Shown piece by piece: positions 18,826 to 28,258 of a DNA stretch of 64,000 bases (the stretch's first letter is position 1; every line of letters starts with the position of its first letter). The DNA is taken from the NCBI GenBank assembly GCA_964612055.1, contig CAZTBI010000002.1, positions 5,632 through 69,631 of the forward strand, given 5' to 3'. The notes under the pieces are model-generated. The model worked only from the letters and a program-made list of their open reading frames with translations. It was not told the origin of the DNA and did no database searches. The translations under genes and the position numbers were made by a program. Source of the stretch: an uncultured Bdellovibrionales bacterium. GTDB lineage: Bacteria; Patescibacteriota; Minisyncoccia; Moranbacterales; UBA1568.

Positions 18826-19797
18826 CTAGTTGACTATCTCTTCCATCTTCACATTGATCACGCCCGCACCGATGGAAGCAATTTTTGCAAAAGCCACTTT
18901 GTCGAGATCGATGATGCGTCCCGGCACAAAGGGGCCACGGTCGTTTATCACCACAATGACGCTCTTCCCATTCTCCAGGTTGGTTACTTTAACATAACTT
19001 CCCTTTGGAAGCCAGGGATTAGCCGCGGCCATCGTTCCGGTCCAAGCATACCAAGACGCTCCGCCCGTGTGACTTTTCCCGAGCTCGACATAGGTTCCCT
19101 GAGTGACAATCTCCGGCACTGGCTCTTTGATTCGCTCGGTCCGTAACAACTTCCGATTCACTTCCTTGCCATCATGAGAACTGATTCGGTAGGTGAGTCG
19201 ATCGATACCTGGTACGCCTTTTTGAGTCACGATGTTCTTCCGCCAGGAAAGTTTGCTATCTTCGTTAGCCTTTTTTTCAAAGGCTACTGCCTTCTCAAGA
19301 GTTTCTTCTTTGATCTCTACGCGGGTGACAGCAATAGTCAGACCTCTCGAAGCAGAAGTTTCTCGTTCTGGTTTCACGATATCATCTTCATCCAGAATCA
19401 CTCCAGCTTCGACGAGAGCCTCGGCAACGATCGCCGCATGGACACGAAAGGTTTCTTTTTTACCATCTGCAACTACTGCTATTTCGTGGGTTCGAGTCAC
19501 AAAGATTTTCATACCGGAAAAAAGCGGTGTTTCAGAAGACGGAAAGACGCTTTCTTTTTCCTCAAGACCGAGACCGCGTGCTCCCAAAAATTCCCCCACT
19601 GTTTTTTCTGAAACATTCTGAAAAGAAAAATCCAATCCATTATCAGAAAGCTGCACCATCTTTGGTACACCAGAAAAGTGATCTGCCTTGGGCCAAAAGA
19701 AAATGAGAGTAACAACAAAAAGCGCTGCAAGAAAAAATACCCCGTGAAGGAAATACTTTCTCATCGTCAGTTTTATCATGCGCTTCCCCCAGAGCAT
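18826..19797 (-). CDS. G5-domain plus RlpA-like (double-psi beta-barrel / 3D) lytic transglycosylase-like protein
   Basis: G5-like TERIKEPVPEIVTQGT; C-terminal GGASWYAWTGTMAAANPWLPKGSYVKVTNLENGKSVIVVINDRGPFVPGRIIDLDKVAFAKI matches RlpA family. Confidence 0.7.
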   Translation of the reverse strand: MLWGKRMIKLTMRKYFLHGVFFLAALFVVTLIFFWPKADHFSGVPKMVQLSDNGLDFSFQNVSEKTVGEFLGARGLGLEEKESVFPSSETPLFSGMKIFVTRTHEIAVVADGKKETFRVHAAIVAEALVEAGVILDEDDIVKPERETSASRGLTIAVTRVEIKEETLEKAVAFEKKANEDSKLSWRKNIVTQKGVPGIDRLTYRISSHDGKEVNRKLLRTERIKEPVPEIVTQGTYVELGKSHTGGASWYAWTGTMAAANPWLPKGSYVKVTNLENGKSVIVVINDRGPFVPGRIIDLDKVAFAKIASIGAGVINVKMEEIVN

Positions 19798-19800
19798 AGA

Positions 19801-21321
19801 CTAATCTTTAAAGCGATACTGCAGCGCCTCGGCAATATGCCCTACTCCTACGTTCGGGGCACTTTCGAGATCAGCAATCGTCCGCGCCACTTTGAGTACC
19901 CGTGTATACCCACGCGCCGAAAGATGCAAACGACTGACCGCATCACGCAAAACATTTCGCGAAGCTTCATCGAGTGCGCACACTTCTTTCACTGTTTGAC
20001 TGGTCATTTCAGCATTGGTGCGAAATGATTTTTCAACAAAACGCTTCTTCTGGAGCTCACGGGCGTTTTCTACTCGTTTGCGGATATCGATGCTGCGCTC
20101 GCCACTTTCTCCCTCTTCATCCAGTTTCTCTATTTTCAGTCTCGGTACTTCGACATGAAGATCGATACGATCCATGATCGGTCCGGAAATTTTCATGCGG
20201 TAGCGATTCGCCTGAGCTGGCGCGCAGGCGCAGACACGCTCTGGATCACCAGCGTAGCCACAAGGACACGGATTCATGGCTGCCACCAACATGAAACGTG
20301 CCGGAAAACGAAGTGATCCCTTGGCCCGCGAAACGGTCACCTCACCATCTTCCAATGGTTGACGTAAATTCTCTAAAACCGCTCGAGAAAACTCAGCAAA
20401 CTCATCGAGAAACAGTACGCCACGATGCGCCAAGCTAATTTCACCAGGACGAGGGTAAGTACCACCACCAACCAAAGAAACAGCGCTCGCGGTATGGTGC
20501 GGCGAACGAAATGGCCGCTTCGATACCAACGCATCGCCACGTAAAAGTTTCCCAGCCACCGAAAAAATCTTCGTTACTTCCAAGCTCTCATCAAAATCAA
20601 GACGTGGCAGTATCGTCGGAAGTGTTTTGGCCAAAAGCGTCTTCCCGCTCCCTGGTGGGCCAACAAAGAGGACATTGTGGCCACCAGCGGCCGCAATTTC
20701 CAGAGCTCGCTTGGCATGCTCCTGCCCACGCACATGGCACATATCTGATTCCGCATCCTCTTCTCTCGGCTCTTCTGCCGGAAGCTCATAAGGTTCAATG
20801 ACTAATTCTCCCCGAAGATGCTTCATCAAGTCAAAGAGATTGCGCACCGGAATAACTCGGATACCCGAGACAAGCGCCGCTTCTTTGGCATTCTCTTCTG
20901 GCACGTAGATTTCTTCAAAGTCATGCTCTCTGGCAAAAAGGGCAATCGGGAGTACTCCCTGCACACGGCGCACCATGCCATCAAGTGCTAGTTCACCAAC
21001 GAACAGCTTCTTTTCATAATCAAAACTGATTTGCTTGGTAGCCAAAAGAAATCCGAGCGCCATAGGCAAATCATAAATCGGTGTATTTTTCGGGAGATCA
21101 GCCGGGGCCAGATTGACCGTGATACGTCCACTCTGATGCGGTGGCTTGAAGCCACTATTTTTCAGTGCGGCACTGACACGGTCACGTGATTCCTTGATAG
21201 CAGTATCAGGCAATCCCACTAAAGTAAAAGTATGGAGTCCTTGTGACAAGACATCCACCTCAACTTCAACCAGGACGCTTTCCAATCCGACGGTTGCTGC
21301 TGAATAGACTTTGGCAGACAT
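19801..21321 (-). CDS. comM: YifB/ComM family Mg-chelatase-like AAA+ ATPase
   Basis: N-terminal Lon-protease-like domain VGLESVLVEVEVDVLSQGLHTFTLVGLPDTAIKESRDRV, Walker A GPPGSGKT, C-terminal ChlI-like; start set at MSAKVYSAAT to avoid overlap with lspA. Confidence 0.85.
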   Translation of the reverse strand: MSAKVYSAATVGLESVLVEVEVDVLSQGLHTFTLVGLPDTAIKESRDRVSAALKNSGFKPPHQSGRITVNLAPADLPKNTPIYDLPMALGFLLATKQISFDYEKKLFVGELALDGMVRRVQGVLPIALFAREHDFEEIYVPEENAKEAALVSGIRVIPVRNLFDLMKHLRGELVIEPYELPAEEPREEDAESDMCHVRGQEHAKRALEIAAAGGHNVLFVGPPGSGKTLLAKTLPTILPRLDFDESLEVTKIFSVAGKLLRGDALVSKRPFRSPHHTASAVSLVGGGTYPRPGEISLAHRGVLFLDEFAEFSRAVLENLRQPLEDGEVTVSRAKGSLRFPARFMLVAAMNPCPCGYAGDPERVCACAPAQANRYRMKISGPIMDRIDLHVEVPRLKIEKLDEEGESGERSIDIRKRVENARELQKKRFVEKSFRTNAEMTSQTVKEVCALDEASRNVLRDAVSRLHLSARGYTRVLKVARTIADLESAPNVGVGHIAEALQYRFKD

Positions 21322-21341
21322 AGACAAACTCGGGAGGTCTC

Positions 21342-21746
21342 TTACGGGGTACGGCGCACCTCCCACCACAGTAAAAATATCACACTTACGGTCAGAACAA
21401 CATCCGCCACATTGAAAAGGGGCAAAAATGGCAAGGCAAGAAAGTCAAAGACGCAACCAAAGAAAAGGCGTTCCATCAAGTTACTCGCACCAGCGGCCAT
21501 AAGAAGCAGCCAGAAAAAAGCCCTTCTTTTCTCCTCTTCTTTCCACCACTGCCTGAGAAAAAACCAGGCGGCACCAAAAAAAATGATCAAAAGAAGCCAA
21601 AGACTCACTTGCACACCAAAGGGGCCTTCAGTATTGCAAGTCACACCCTCTTTTTGGTATTCCCTCGCGAAAAAGCTTATCCCCTGAAGACAGGAAACAA
21701 AAAAGGCCACAGAAAGGATGCCTGAAAGCAGTTTCTGTGACCTCAT
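21342..21746 (-). CDS. lspA: lipoprotein signal peptidase II (short form)
   Basis: GASNLMERLFFGCVFDFLALPFLPLFNVADVVLTVSV matches LspA conserved GN..DRL..G.V.DF...P.FNvAD motif. Confidence 0.65.
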   Translation of the reverse strand: MRSQKLLSGILSVAFFVSCLQGISFFAREYQKEGVTCNTEGPFGVQVSLWLLLIIFFGAAWFFLRQWWKEEEKRRAFFWLLLMAAGASNLMERLFFGCVFDFLALPFLPLFNVADVVLTVSVIFLLWWEVRRTP

Positions 21747-21919
21747 AGGAAGAGTTTTGTAACTATCTCAGATCTCTCTTTCGTTACGAAACAGCATGGT
21801 TTTGAGCGAAAGGCGTGAAGATTGAGAAAGGCTACCTGAAAGGTAACCTGACGAAATCTGAACGGTTTGCAGCCAAAATCCATACTGTTGCAGTAGAATA
21901 TGGAGATCTGAATAGTTAC

Positions 21920-22264
21920 TTAAAGAGCGGTCCGAGCCCCAGGGTAAGCCTCGAGACGATCCAGACTGATTTCCTTACCAGTATTTTCACATACTCCATA
22001 AGTGCCAGCCTCCATCTTTGAAAGCGCATCGTTCACATCTTTCAGCTGTGTCTCCAGTGTTTGCTCCAAAGCCAGATTATCAACGTATTCCTCAACCTCA
22101 GAAGCATTCTCATCGGGATCAGTACCCATATCATCAATCTTGGTCTCATAATTCCCAGCTACGCCAGTTGGCTTGGCAAAACGAGAAAGCTCTTGCTCCA
22201 AGTGACTTTTCTCAGAAAGCAATTTTTCCTTCAGTCGGGCCAATGTCGCTGTATCAAGTGCCAT
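21920..22264 (-). CDS. DksA/TraR-family (YocK-like) small regulatory protein
   Basis: 114 aa, coiled-coil N-terminus, C-terminal GTYGVCENTGKEISLDRLEAYPGARTAL typical of DksA/TraR C-terminal domain; zinc-finger Cys only partly conserved. Confidence 0.5.
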   Translation of the reverse strand: MALDTATLARLKEKLLSEKSHLEQELSRFAKPTGVAGNYETKIDDMGTDPDENASEVEEYVDNLALEQTLETQLKDVNDALSKMEAGTYGVCENTGKEISLDRLEAYPGARTAL

Positions 22265-22331
22265 AACAGTATCAAAAAAATTTATAAAATTTCCTTTGTC
22301 TCCCTAGTATAGCAAAAATAGCCACCTTTGT

Positions 22332-22721
22332 CTAGAAGAAAATGTGTTCCAGATGCCTTATTGAAGCCTTTTTTAGGTTTGGATCATAGAGGATCGAGAG
22401 GGCGTCAAAGTGATAGGGAGCATTTTCACGCTTTTTTTCTCGCAGATAACACTGGGCAATACGTTCGAGCTTGCGGAGCTTGTCACGCGTAATATTTTCC
22501 TCAGGAAAAATATCACTTCCAGCTACTCCCAAACGACTCTTCACCTCCACAAATACTATTTCGTGGCTTTTTTCAGCCACAATATCAATCTCTCCCAAAC
22601 GTTTGCCGTGAGTATTACAATAATTGGTTTCGAGCATCTTGTAGCCCTTCTCTTTCAGATAGCGGCACCCAAGGTCCTCGCCCAATTTTCCCAACTCCGA
22701 AGATAGATGAAATGTTCCCAT
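22332..22721 (-). CDS. YraN/UPF0102 family endonuclease
   Basis: GEDLGCRYLKEKGYKMLETNYCNTHGKRLGEIDIVAEKSHEIVFVEVKSR...HFDALSI; start taken at MGTFHL, upstream 94 codons of the ORF-track ORF judged non-coding. Confidence 0.7.
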   Translation of the reverse strand: MGTFHLSSELGKLGEDLGCRYLKEKGYKMLETNYCNTHGKRLGEIDIVAEKSHEIVFVEVKSRLGVAGSDIFPEENITRDKLRKLERIAQCYLREKKRENAPYHFDALSILYDPNLKKASIRHLEHIFF

Positions 22722-23047
22722 ATATCCATAAATTAAGCCAAAAATAGGAAAAGAGCAATAAAAAAACACCCTTCTCTGGGAGTTCACGACCTGCTTCAGC
22801 TGAAAAATTATGTTGGTGTCCGGGCGTACGACGCCCAAATAATAAAATCTTGGCTGTACGCCCGAACGTTGCATGTGCCAACAGGTATGTCGGTTACTTA
22901 GCTCCGGGTGAGAAAGCATTGGTAATCCATTGATCACGCCTGTATTTTGTGCAGATGCATTTTTTCGCAGCAATCCTAACTTTTTTGCTACTTCTCCCTT
23001 CACCGTTCTCTGGCACGAAGCCTTTTGGTTCAGGTCGTTAGCTACAC

Positions 23048-23095
23048 ACTAGAGAGAAGGATATTCCATCCACTGTGTAGCCAACACCTGTTTTT
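23048..23095 (+). terminator. rho-independent terminator-like hairpin plus T-run
   Basis: GCTACACA...TGTGTAGC stem followed by CTGTTTTTTT. Confidence 0.45.
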
Positions 23096-23512
23096 TTGAA
23101 AGAACTTGTTTTTTTGTTTCTTTTTGTTTTTCTCCTGCTGTTATTATATTTCAGGAGCGTTTTTGTTTTTGTTTTAGTCTCCGTGTTAGGACGGAGCGGC
23201 TGTGGTACATTGCCACAACACTTGAACAGTGAAAGAGTCCCCCTCACAATTAGGGGGAAATTGTGATTGGGAACTCTTTCACCGTTCAGTTAACGGTTCG
23301 AGGAGCAATTTGTCAAAGAATTTTCAACGTCACAAGTCAATTATAGCAGAAAAAACACCTCTGGTCAATGCTCGCTTCAGAAAAAAGCTTCAGATGAAGT
23401 ATTTTTCTACTAAAAAATCTCTTGGCAGAAAAAAAATCGTATTGAGTATGAAAAAAGAAGTCAGGGACTTCTTTTTCTTTTTTAAAAATCCTTTTTCTAA
23501 GCCGAAAAAATT

Positions 23513-24535
23513 CTATGGTTGTGATTTTTTATCAATAATTGCGCGCAGCGTGTCCTTGCTCGTGCCAATAATCCATTCTTTGTCTCGCATGACATAATCA
23601 AAAGAGATACCCTGTGCCGCTTCAACATTGACATAACGCACTGCCTCAGTATTATAAACGCCAGAGCGAAAACTTGCCTTCGTAGGAACCGTTAACCCCG
23701 GAAAAAGAAGGGGCCGAAACAGAAAGGGCAGGGAGGCTTCATTCTTGGTGACTAACTCTCGGACCGTTCCCATGTCTCCTGAGGCAAAGGGGGCAAAAGA
23801 AAGTCCCAGCGTCACTTTCCCACCGGTATTATAGAGAAAGATCGAGAAAGATTCTCCCAAAGCGGCTATGAGATCCTCTGGGAGTGCTAAATCCGTGAGA
23901 TACGCAAAACGACTGAAGGCAAGAGGGTTATTATTCTTATCAGTAAGAAGAAATTCGACTGGCTTGGTCATCTGAGCTGCTGAAATTTTGGCTCCGGACT
24001 CGGTCAAAAGTGTTAAAAATGATTGCGTAGTCACTGTTTCGGTATCAACCATGAGAAAATTTGTCGTATCGGGAGCAAATGGAGCCACTGGCAATACTGG
24101 CACTGGTTCCGCCACCATAGTTACTTCGCTCGACGACTCTAGCAAAGGCTCCGGAGAGACAGCTGTTTTTCGCAGAAAATACCACGCTACCAAACCAACG
24201 ATCATGAGGAATAAGACTCCGCCAAAGGCAAACATGATCAGTATCTTTCTTTTTCTCTCTTCTTGAGCCGGTGGAAGAGATTTTTGAGAGGGAAGAGAAG
24301 GAAGAGAAGCTCTTTGTGTCTGTGGCACTGAAGATACTGGTGAGGGAGAAAAGGAACTAGTACCCAAAAATGGGCTTTCTCCCTTAGAAGAAGTCCCTTG
24401 TTTCTGTATGCCATTCATTGGAGTCGTTCTTCGTGGTTCTGCTCCCATAACACGCACCGCTTCAAAAACCTCTTTTGGTATCGGCCGTGAGGCGTTATTT
24501 TTTTCGCTACTCCCCACTGATGAAAAAAGTTCCAT
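23513..24535 (-). CDS. hypothetical membrane-anchored protein (single TM, Ser/Pro-rich N-terminal region)
   Basis: 340 aa, TM ILIMFAFGGVLFLMIVGLVAWYF around residue 100. Confidence 0.5.
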   Translation of the reverse strand: MELFSSVGSSEKNNASRPIPKEVFEAVRVMGAEPRRTTPMNGIQKQGTSSKGESPFLGTSSFSPSPVSSVPQTQRASLPSLPSQKSLPPAQEERKRKILIMFAFGGVLFLMIVGLVAWYFLRKTAVSPEPLLESSSEVTMVAEPVPVLPVAPFAPDTTNFLMVDTETVTTQSFLTLLTESGAKISAAQMTKPVEFLLTDKNNNPLAFSRFAYLTDLALPEDLIAALGESFSIFLYNTGGKVTLGLSFAPFASGDMGTVRELVTKNEASLPFLFRPLLFPGLTVPTKASFRSGVYNTEAVRYVNVEAAQGISFDYVMRDKEWIIGTSKDTLRAIIDKKSQP

Positions 24536-24540
24536 AAGAC

Positions 24541-24577
24541 ATCTAAAAAACGAAAGAGAGGCCTGCGCCTCTCTCTA
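24541..24577 (-). terminator. rho-independent terminator downstream of pnp
   Basis: AGAGAGGC(gcag)GCCTCTCT hairpin followed on minus strand by TTTCGTTTTTT. Confidence 0.6.
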
Positions 24578-24611
24578 GTATACAAGAGAACAAGAATTTT
24601 CGATAGAAGAT

Positions 24612-26732
24612 CTACGCGCCTTCTTGTTCCATGCGCCGCTTGGCCGCCTTGTGTGAGAGATTGATGCGTCCCTGTGAGTCAATTTCTTTGACAATGACCG
24701 GGATGACATCTCCGACCTTCACAACATCTTCCACGTTTTCTACCCGTTCATCGGAGAATTCAGAAATATGGACCAAACCTTCTTGATTCGGCAATACTTC
24801 CACAAAGGCGCCGAAATTCATCAGTCGTGTGACGCGACCCTGAAACAGTTCTCCGGCTACCACTTCACGAGTAATATTTCGCACCCATTCAACGGCTTTG
24901 TTGGCACTGATTTCATCAACAGAAGTGATAAAGACTGAGCCATCATCTTCAATATCGATAGAAACCCCTGTTTCATCAATAATCTGATTGATCACCTTGC
25001 CGCCAGGGCCGATGACATCACGGATCTTCTCTGGATTGATATGGAGCGTAATAATACGCGGTGCATATGGAGACATCGTCTTTCGAACTTCTGGCATGAC
25101 TTCAAGCATCTTGCCCATGATAAACATGCGACCTTCCTTGGCCTGAGCGATAGCAACCGCAAGCATAGCCGGGGTCAAGCCATCGATTTTCACATCCATC
25201 TGCATAGCGGTGATACCATCTTTGGTTCCGGCGACCTTGAAGTCCATATCCCCGTAGTGATCTTCCAGTCCCTGAATATCAGAAAGTACCTTGTAAGCAC
25301 CATCTTTTCCAGTGATCACGCCCATAGCGATACCAGCGACCGGCTTTTTGATTGGCACACCCGCATCCATAAGAGACAGAGTCGACCCACAGGTCGAAGC
25401 CATCGAGGAAGAACCATTTGACTCCAGCACTTCGGAAACCAAGAGAATCGTGTACGGGAATTCTTCTTTACTTGGAAGTACCGGTACCAATGCCTTCTCC
25501 GCCAAGGCTCCGTGACCGACTTCACGACGGCCTGGACCACGCATCGGCTTCACCTCACCAACAGAGTACGGTGGGAAGTTATAAAAATGCATGTAGCGCT
25601 TCTTTTCATCGGTTTCCATGGTATCAACTACCATTTCATCGCCAGGGGCGCCAAGCGTTGTCACGGTCAGAGCCTGGGTCTCACCACGCGTAAAGACTCC
25701 CGTTCCATGAGTACGTGGCAACACGCCGACCTTACACCAAATCGGACGGATCTCGGTCAACTTACGACCATCAGGACGCGCTTCTTTTTCGAGAATATTC
25801 TGGTGCACTGCTTCATCAGATACTTCATCAGTGATGAGCGAGAGGAGTTCGGAGAGATTCTTCTGCTCCGGATACTTTTCCGCGGCATATTTGGCGATAG
25901 CGGCATTGATTTCAGCCGTTTTCGCTTCCATGGCCTGCTTTGGCAACAGATAGAGCGCCTCAGCTAAGCCTGACCCTTGCGCAAACTGACGGATATCAGC
26001 CTCAAACTCGAGGGATCCACGAAGAACGGCGGCCTGCCGCTTTTCTTTCCCTGCTTCCTTACGGATATCCTCAATAAACGAGGCGATCTTCTGGATGGCT
26101 TCAAATCCAAACTGGAAGGCTTCAGCTATTTTTTCCTCGGTAATCTCGTTTGCCCCGGCTTCGATCATGTTGATCTTGTCCTTGGTACCAGAAAGGAGGA
26201 GATCCAAAGCACTTGCTTTGCGTTCTTCGCTCACCGGATTCAAAACGAGCGTTCCATCGGCAGCCATACCAATTCGCACGGCGCCAATTGGGCCATTCCA
26301 AGGAATATCAGAGAGAGCCAGAGCTGCTGAAGCGCCAATCATCGCTACGACATCCGGATCATTCTCACCATCAATAGACAGTGTGGTCACGACCACCTGC
26401 ACTTCATTTCGCATGCGACTATCAAAAAGTGGGCGCACCGTACGGTCCACCGCTCGCCCTGAAAGCACGGCATCATCTGAAGGGCGACCTTCGCGCTTGA
26501 TAAAGCGTGAGCCCTTGATCTTTCCGGCCGCATAGTAGCGCTCTTCGTAATCCACCATCAAAGGGAAATATCCAGTAATTTTGGACATTTCCTTGCTCAT
26601 GACAGCAGTCGCGAGCACTACCGTATCGCCATAGCGGGCCGTCACCGCACCACTGGCCTGCTTGGCAAACACGCCCGTCTCAATGACGAGCTCCCGTCCC
26701 CCCAGTTGGAGAGACCATTTCTTTCCTTCCAT
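24612..26732 (-). CDS. pnp: polyribonucleotide nucleotidyltransferase (PNPase)
   Basis: Two RNase PH domains, KH (GPGGKVINQIIDETGV) and S1 (GELFQGRVTRLMNFGAFVEV) domains; start set at MEGKKWSLQLGGRELVIETG. Confidence 0.9.
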   Translation of the reverse strand: MEGKKWSLQLGGRELVIETGVFAKQASGAVTARYGDTVVLATAVMSKEMSKITGYFPLMVDYEERYYAAGKIKGSRFIKREGRPSDDAVLSGRAVDRTVRPLFDSRMRNEVQVVVTTLSIDGENDPDVVAMIGASAALALSDIPWNGPIGAVRIGMAADGTLVLNPVSEERKASALDLLLSGTKDKINMIEAGANEITEEKIAEAFQFGFEAIQKIASFIEDIRKEAGKEKRQAAVLRGSLEFEADIRQFAQGSGLAEALYLLPKQAMEAKTAEINAAIAKYAAEKYPEQKNLSELLSLITDEVSDEAVHQNILEKEARPDGRKLTEIRPIWCKVGVLPRTHGTGVFTRGETQALTVTTLGAPGDEMVVDTMETDEKKRYMHFYNFPPYSVGEVKPMRGPGRREVGHGALAEKALVPVLPSKEEFPYTILLVSEVLESNGSSSMASTCGSTLSLMDAGVPIKKPVAGIAMGVITGKDGAYKVLSDIQGLEDHYGDMDFKVAGTKDGITAMQMDVKIDGLTPAMLAVAIAQAKEGRMFIMGKMLEVMPEVRKTMSPYAPRIITLHINPEKIRDVIGPGGKVINQIIDETGVSIDIEDDGSVFITSVDEISANKAVEWVRNITREVVAGELFQGRVTRLMNFGAFVEVLPNQEGLVHISEFSDERVENVEDVVKVGDVIPVIVKEIDSQGRINLSHKAAKRRMEQEGA

Positions 26733-26952
26733 AGACTTTTTGTCCGGAAGAGAAGCTAATAAACACGCGACTAAGCCCAAAGCCCTGCCTCGGCGTAATG
26801 CCTTTGCAAGACGGGTCCACTCGTGCACCTATTAACTACGCTCTTCCAGAAAACAATAATTAAATAACCTATTCGTACTCTAGCCTTATTTCGCCTCTTT
26901 TGTCAAAGAAAAAGAGTCCCTTTGAGATGGGACTCTTTTCCCTCTTTGATCA

Positions 26953-27450
26953 CTAGATCAAGAACTGCTTCTTACTTTCCGAAAGGTTGATGAAGTCATC
27001 AGCCTGTTCGATGAGCTTCGCTGAGGCTGATTCGGCAAAGGCCACCACCTCCACGCGACAGCCATAGGTATTTTGGAGGTATTCAACGAGCGAGATATAG
27101 TCACCATCACCGGAAACAATCACAATGACATCGAGTTTCGGTGCCATCTTGATAGCATCGATCGCGATTCCTACGTCCCAATCACCCTTCTTGGAACCAT
27201 CGTGAAAAATTTGGAGATCCTTGGTCTTTACCTCGTAACCACTTTTTTCCAAGGCTTCAAAAAACTTATCCTCTGTTGCTTCTACCGTCTTGATACCATA
27301 GGCCAGAGCCCGAATGAGCTTACGCTCACTCACCGCAGCCGTGAGTACATTCTTGAAATTCACCTTTTTGCTATAAAGCACGCGGGCACTGTAGTACATA
27401 TTCTGAATGTCTACCAATACACCGACTCGTTGTTCTGCAAATTTTGCCAT
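26953..27450 (-). CDS. NYN-domain (LabA-like / DUF88) protein
   Basis: VGVLVDIQNMYYSA...DVIVIVSGDGDYISLVEYLQNTYGCRVEVVAF pattern typical of the NYN/LabA nuclease fold. Confidence 0.65.
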   Translation of the reverse strand: MAKFAEQRVGVLVDIQNMYYSARVLYSKKVNFKNVLTAAVSERKLIRALAYGIKTVEATEDKFFEALEKSGYEVKTKDLQIFHDGSKKGDWDVGIAIDAIKMAPKLDVIVIVSGDGDYISLVEYLQNTYGCRVEVVAFAESASAKLIEQADDFINLSESKKQFLI

Positions 27451-27504
27451 AATTGTTTATAAAAATTGCCTCTTGTTTAAAATATCACTCAAAAAACAAA
27501 GGGC

Positions 27505-27768
27505 CTAGAGGCCCAATGTCTTCGTAAGAGTCTTGTAGGATTTCTCGTTTGTCTTCTCGAGATAGGCGAGAAGCTTTTTGCGCTTCGACACCATCTTCAG
27601 CAGTCCGCGACGAGAATGGAAATCTTTCTTGTTCTTCTTCAAGTGCGTCGTCAAACGCTTGATTTCTTCCGTAAACTTCGCAACTTGGTATTCTGGAGAA
27701 CCAGTATCCTTGTCATGTCGTTTTACCCCTCCTGTTACCTTCTCCTTTTGCTTGTGCGTCAGCGCCAT
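27505..27768 (-). CDS. rpsO: 30S ribosomal protein S15
   Basis: MALTHKQKEKV...HLKKNKKDFHSRRGLLKMVSKRKKLLAYL; 88 aa; upstream of pnp as in the canonical rpsO-pnp operon. Confidence 0.9.
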   Translation of the reverse strand: MALTHKQKEKVTGGVKRHDKDTGSPEYQVAKFTEEIKRLTTHLKKNKKDFHSRRGLLKMVSKRKKLLAYLEKTNEKSYKTLTKTLGL

Positions 27769-28211
27769 AGCCTTCTTGTCAGCAAGACGTTCGTCCACCA
27801 GAGGTGAACCAGCATCCGCTCGTGATAAATATTAACAAGAGCACTGTAACACGCTTAGAAATTTTTTGCAACTTTCAGATTTCCCTCTGTAAAGAAAAAG
27901 GGGGAACGCGTTGCGTGCCCCTTGAGATGAGCTGCCTGCGCTTCAGTGACTGGGGAGATCGATCACCTTGTCGGCCGATTGCTCCAAAAAGACCTGCTGC
28001 ACGCACTGTTCCGGTGCGTGCGCCGGATCAGGATGCAGGTAACAGACGCAGGCTGTATTTCGCTTATGGCCGTGAGGGCATAGCCTCTCGCCCCTGATAG
28101 CGATGCTTGCGGGAACCACCGCGCTATTACGTGTCACTTCCATGATCTGTCTCCTTTGACAGTTGCCACGATAGGCAAACTGTAGCGTACGTTTACGATT
28201 CCTGTCAATAA

Positions 28212-28250
28212 TAAAACCCAACCTCTCTCGGTTGGGTTTTAAGTTTTTTC
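28212..28250 (-). terminator. hairpin terminator after gyrA (T-rich on both strands)
   Basis: AACCCAACC(tctctc)GGTTGGGTT with TTTTAAGTTTTTT on plus and TTATTATT on minus. Confidence 0.55.
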
Positions 28251-28258
28251 TAGAACCT

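Noticed and set aside
23038-23597. ORFs 23038-23247 (minus) and 23229-23597 (plus) in the structured intergenic region
   Set aside because: They are low-complexity (K/T-rich, poly-F), span predicted terminator hairpins and have no motifs; the region is treated as non-coding.
25041-26535. Several 90-150 aa ORFs antisense to pnp, and similar antisense ORFs within virB4, ftsH (35092-36204), rpsA (32129-33304), gyrA (28701-30538) and the surface-protein gene (883-3045)
   Set aside because: They fully overlap strongly supported genes on the opposite strand, have low-complexity or biased composition, and lack motifs; treated as spurious.
27850-28210. Assignment of the GC-rich region as RNase P RNA, tmRNA or SRP RNA
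   Set aside because: I could not find the conserved P4 strand (AGGAAAGUCCGGGC), the tmRNA tRNA-like ends or tag ORF, or the SRP GGAAGCAGCC motif by eye; kept only as an unassigned candidate.
27804-28221. Two ORFs (27804-28097 plus strand, 27943-28221 minus strand) in the GC-rich stretch between rpsO and gyrA
   Set aside because: They overlap each other on opposite strands, are Arg/Pro/Cys-biased as expected from GC-rich non-coding DNA, and have no motifs; the region is better explained as structured non-coding sequence.
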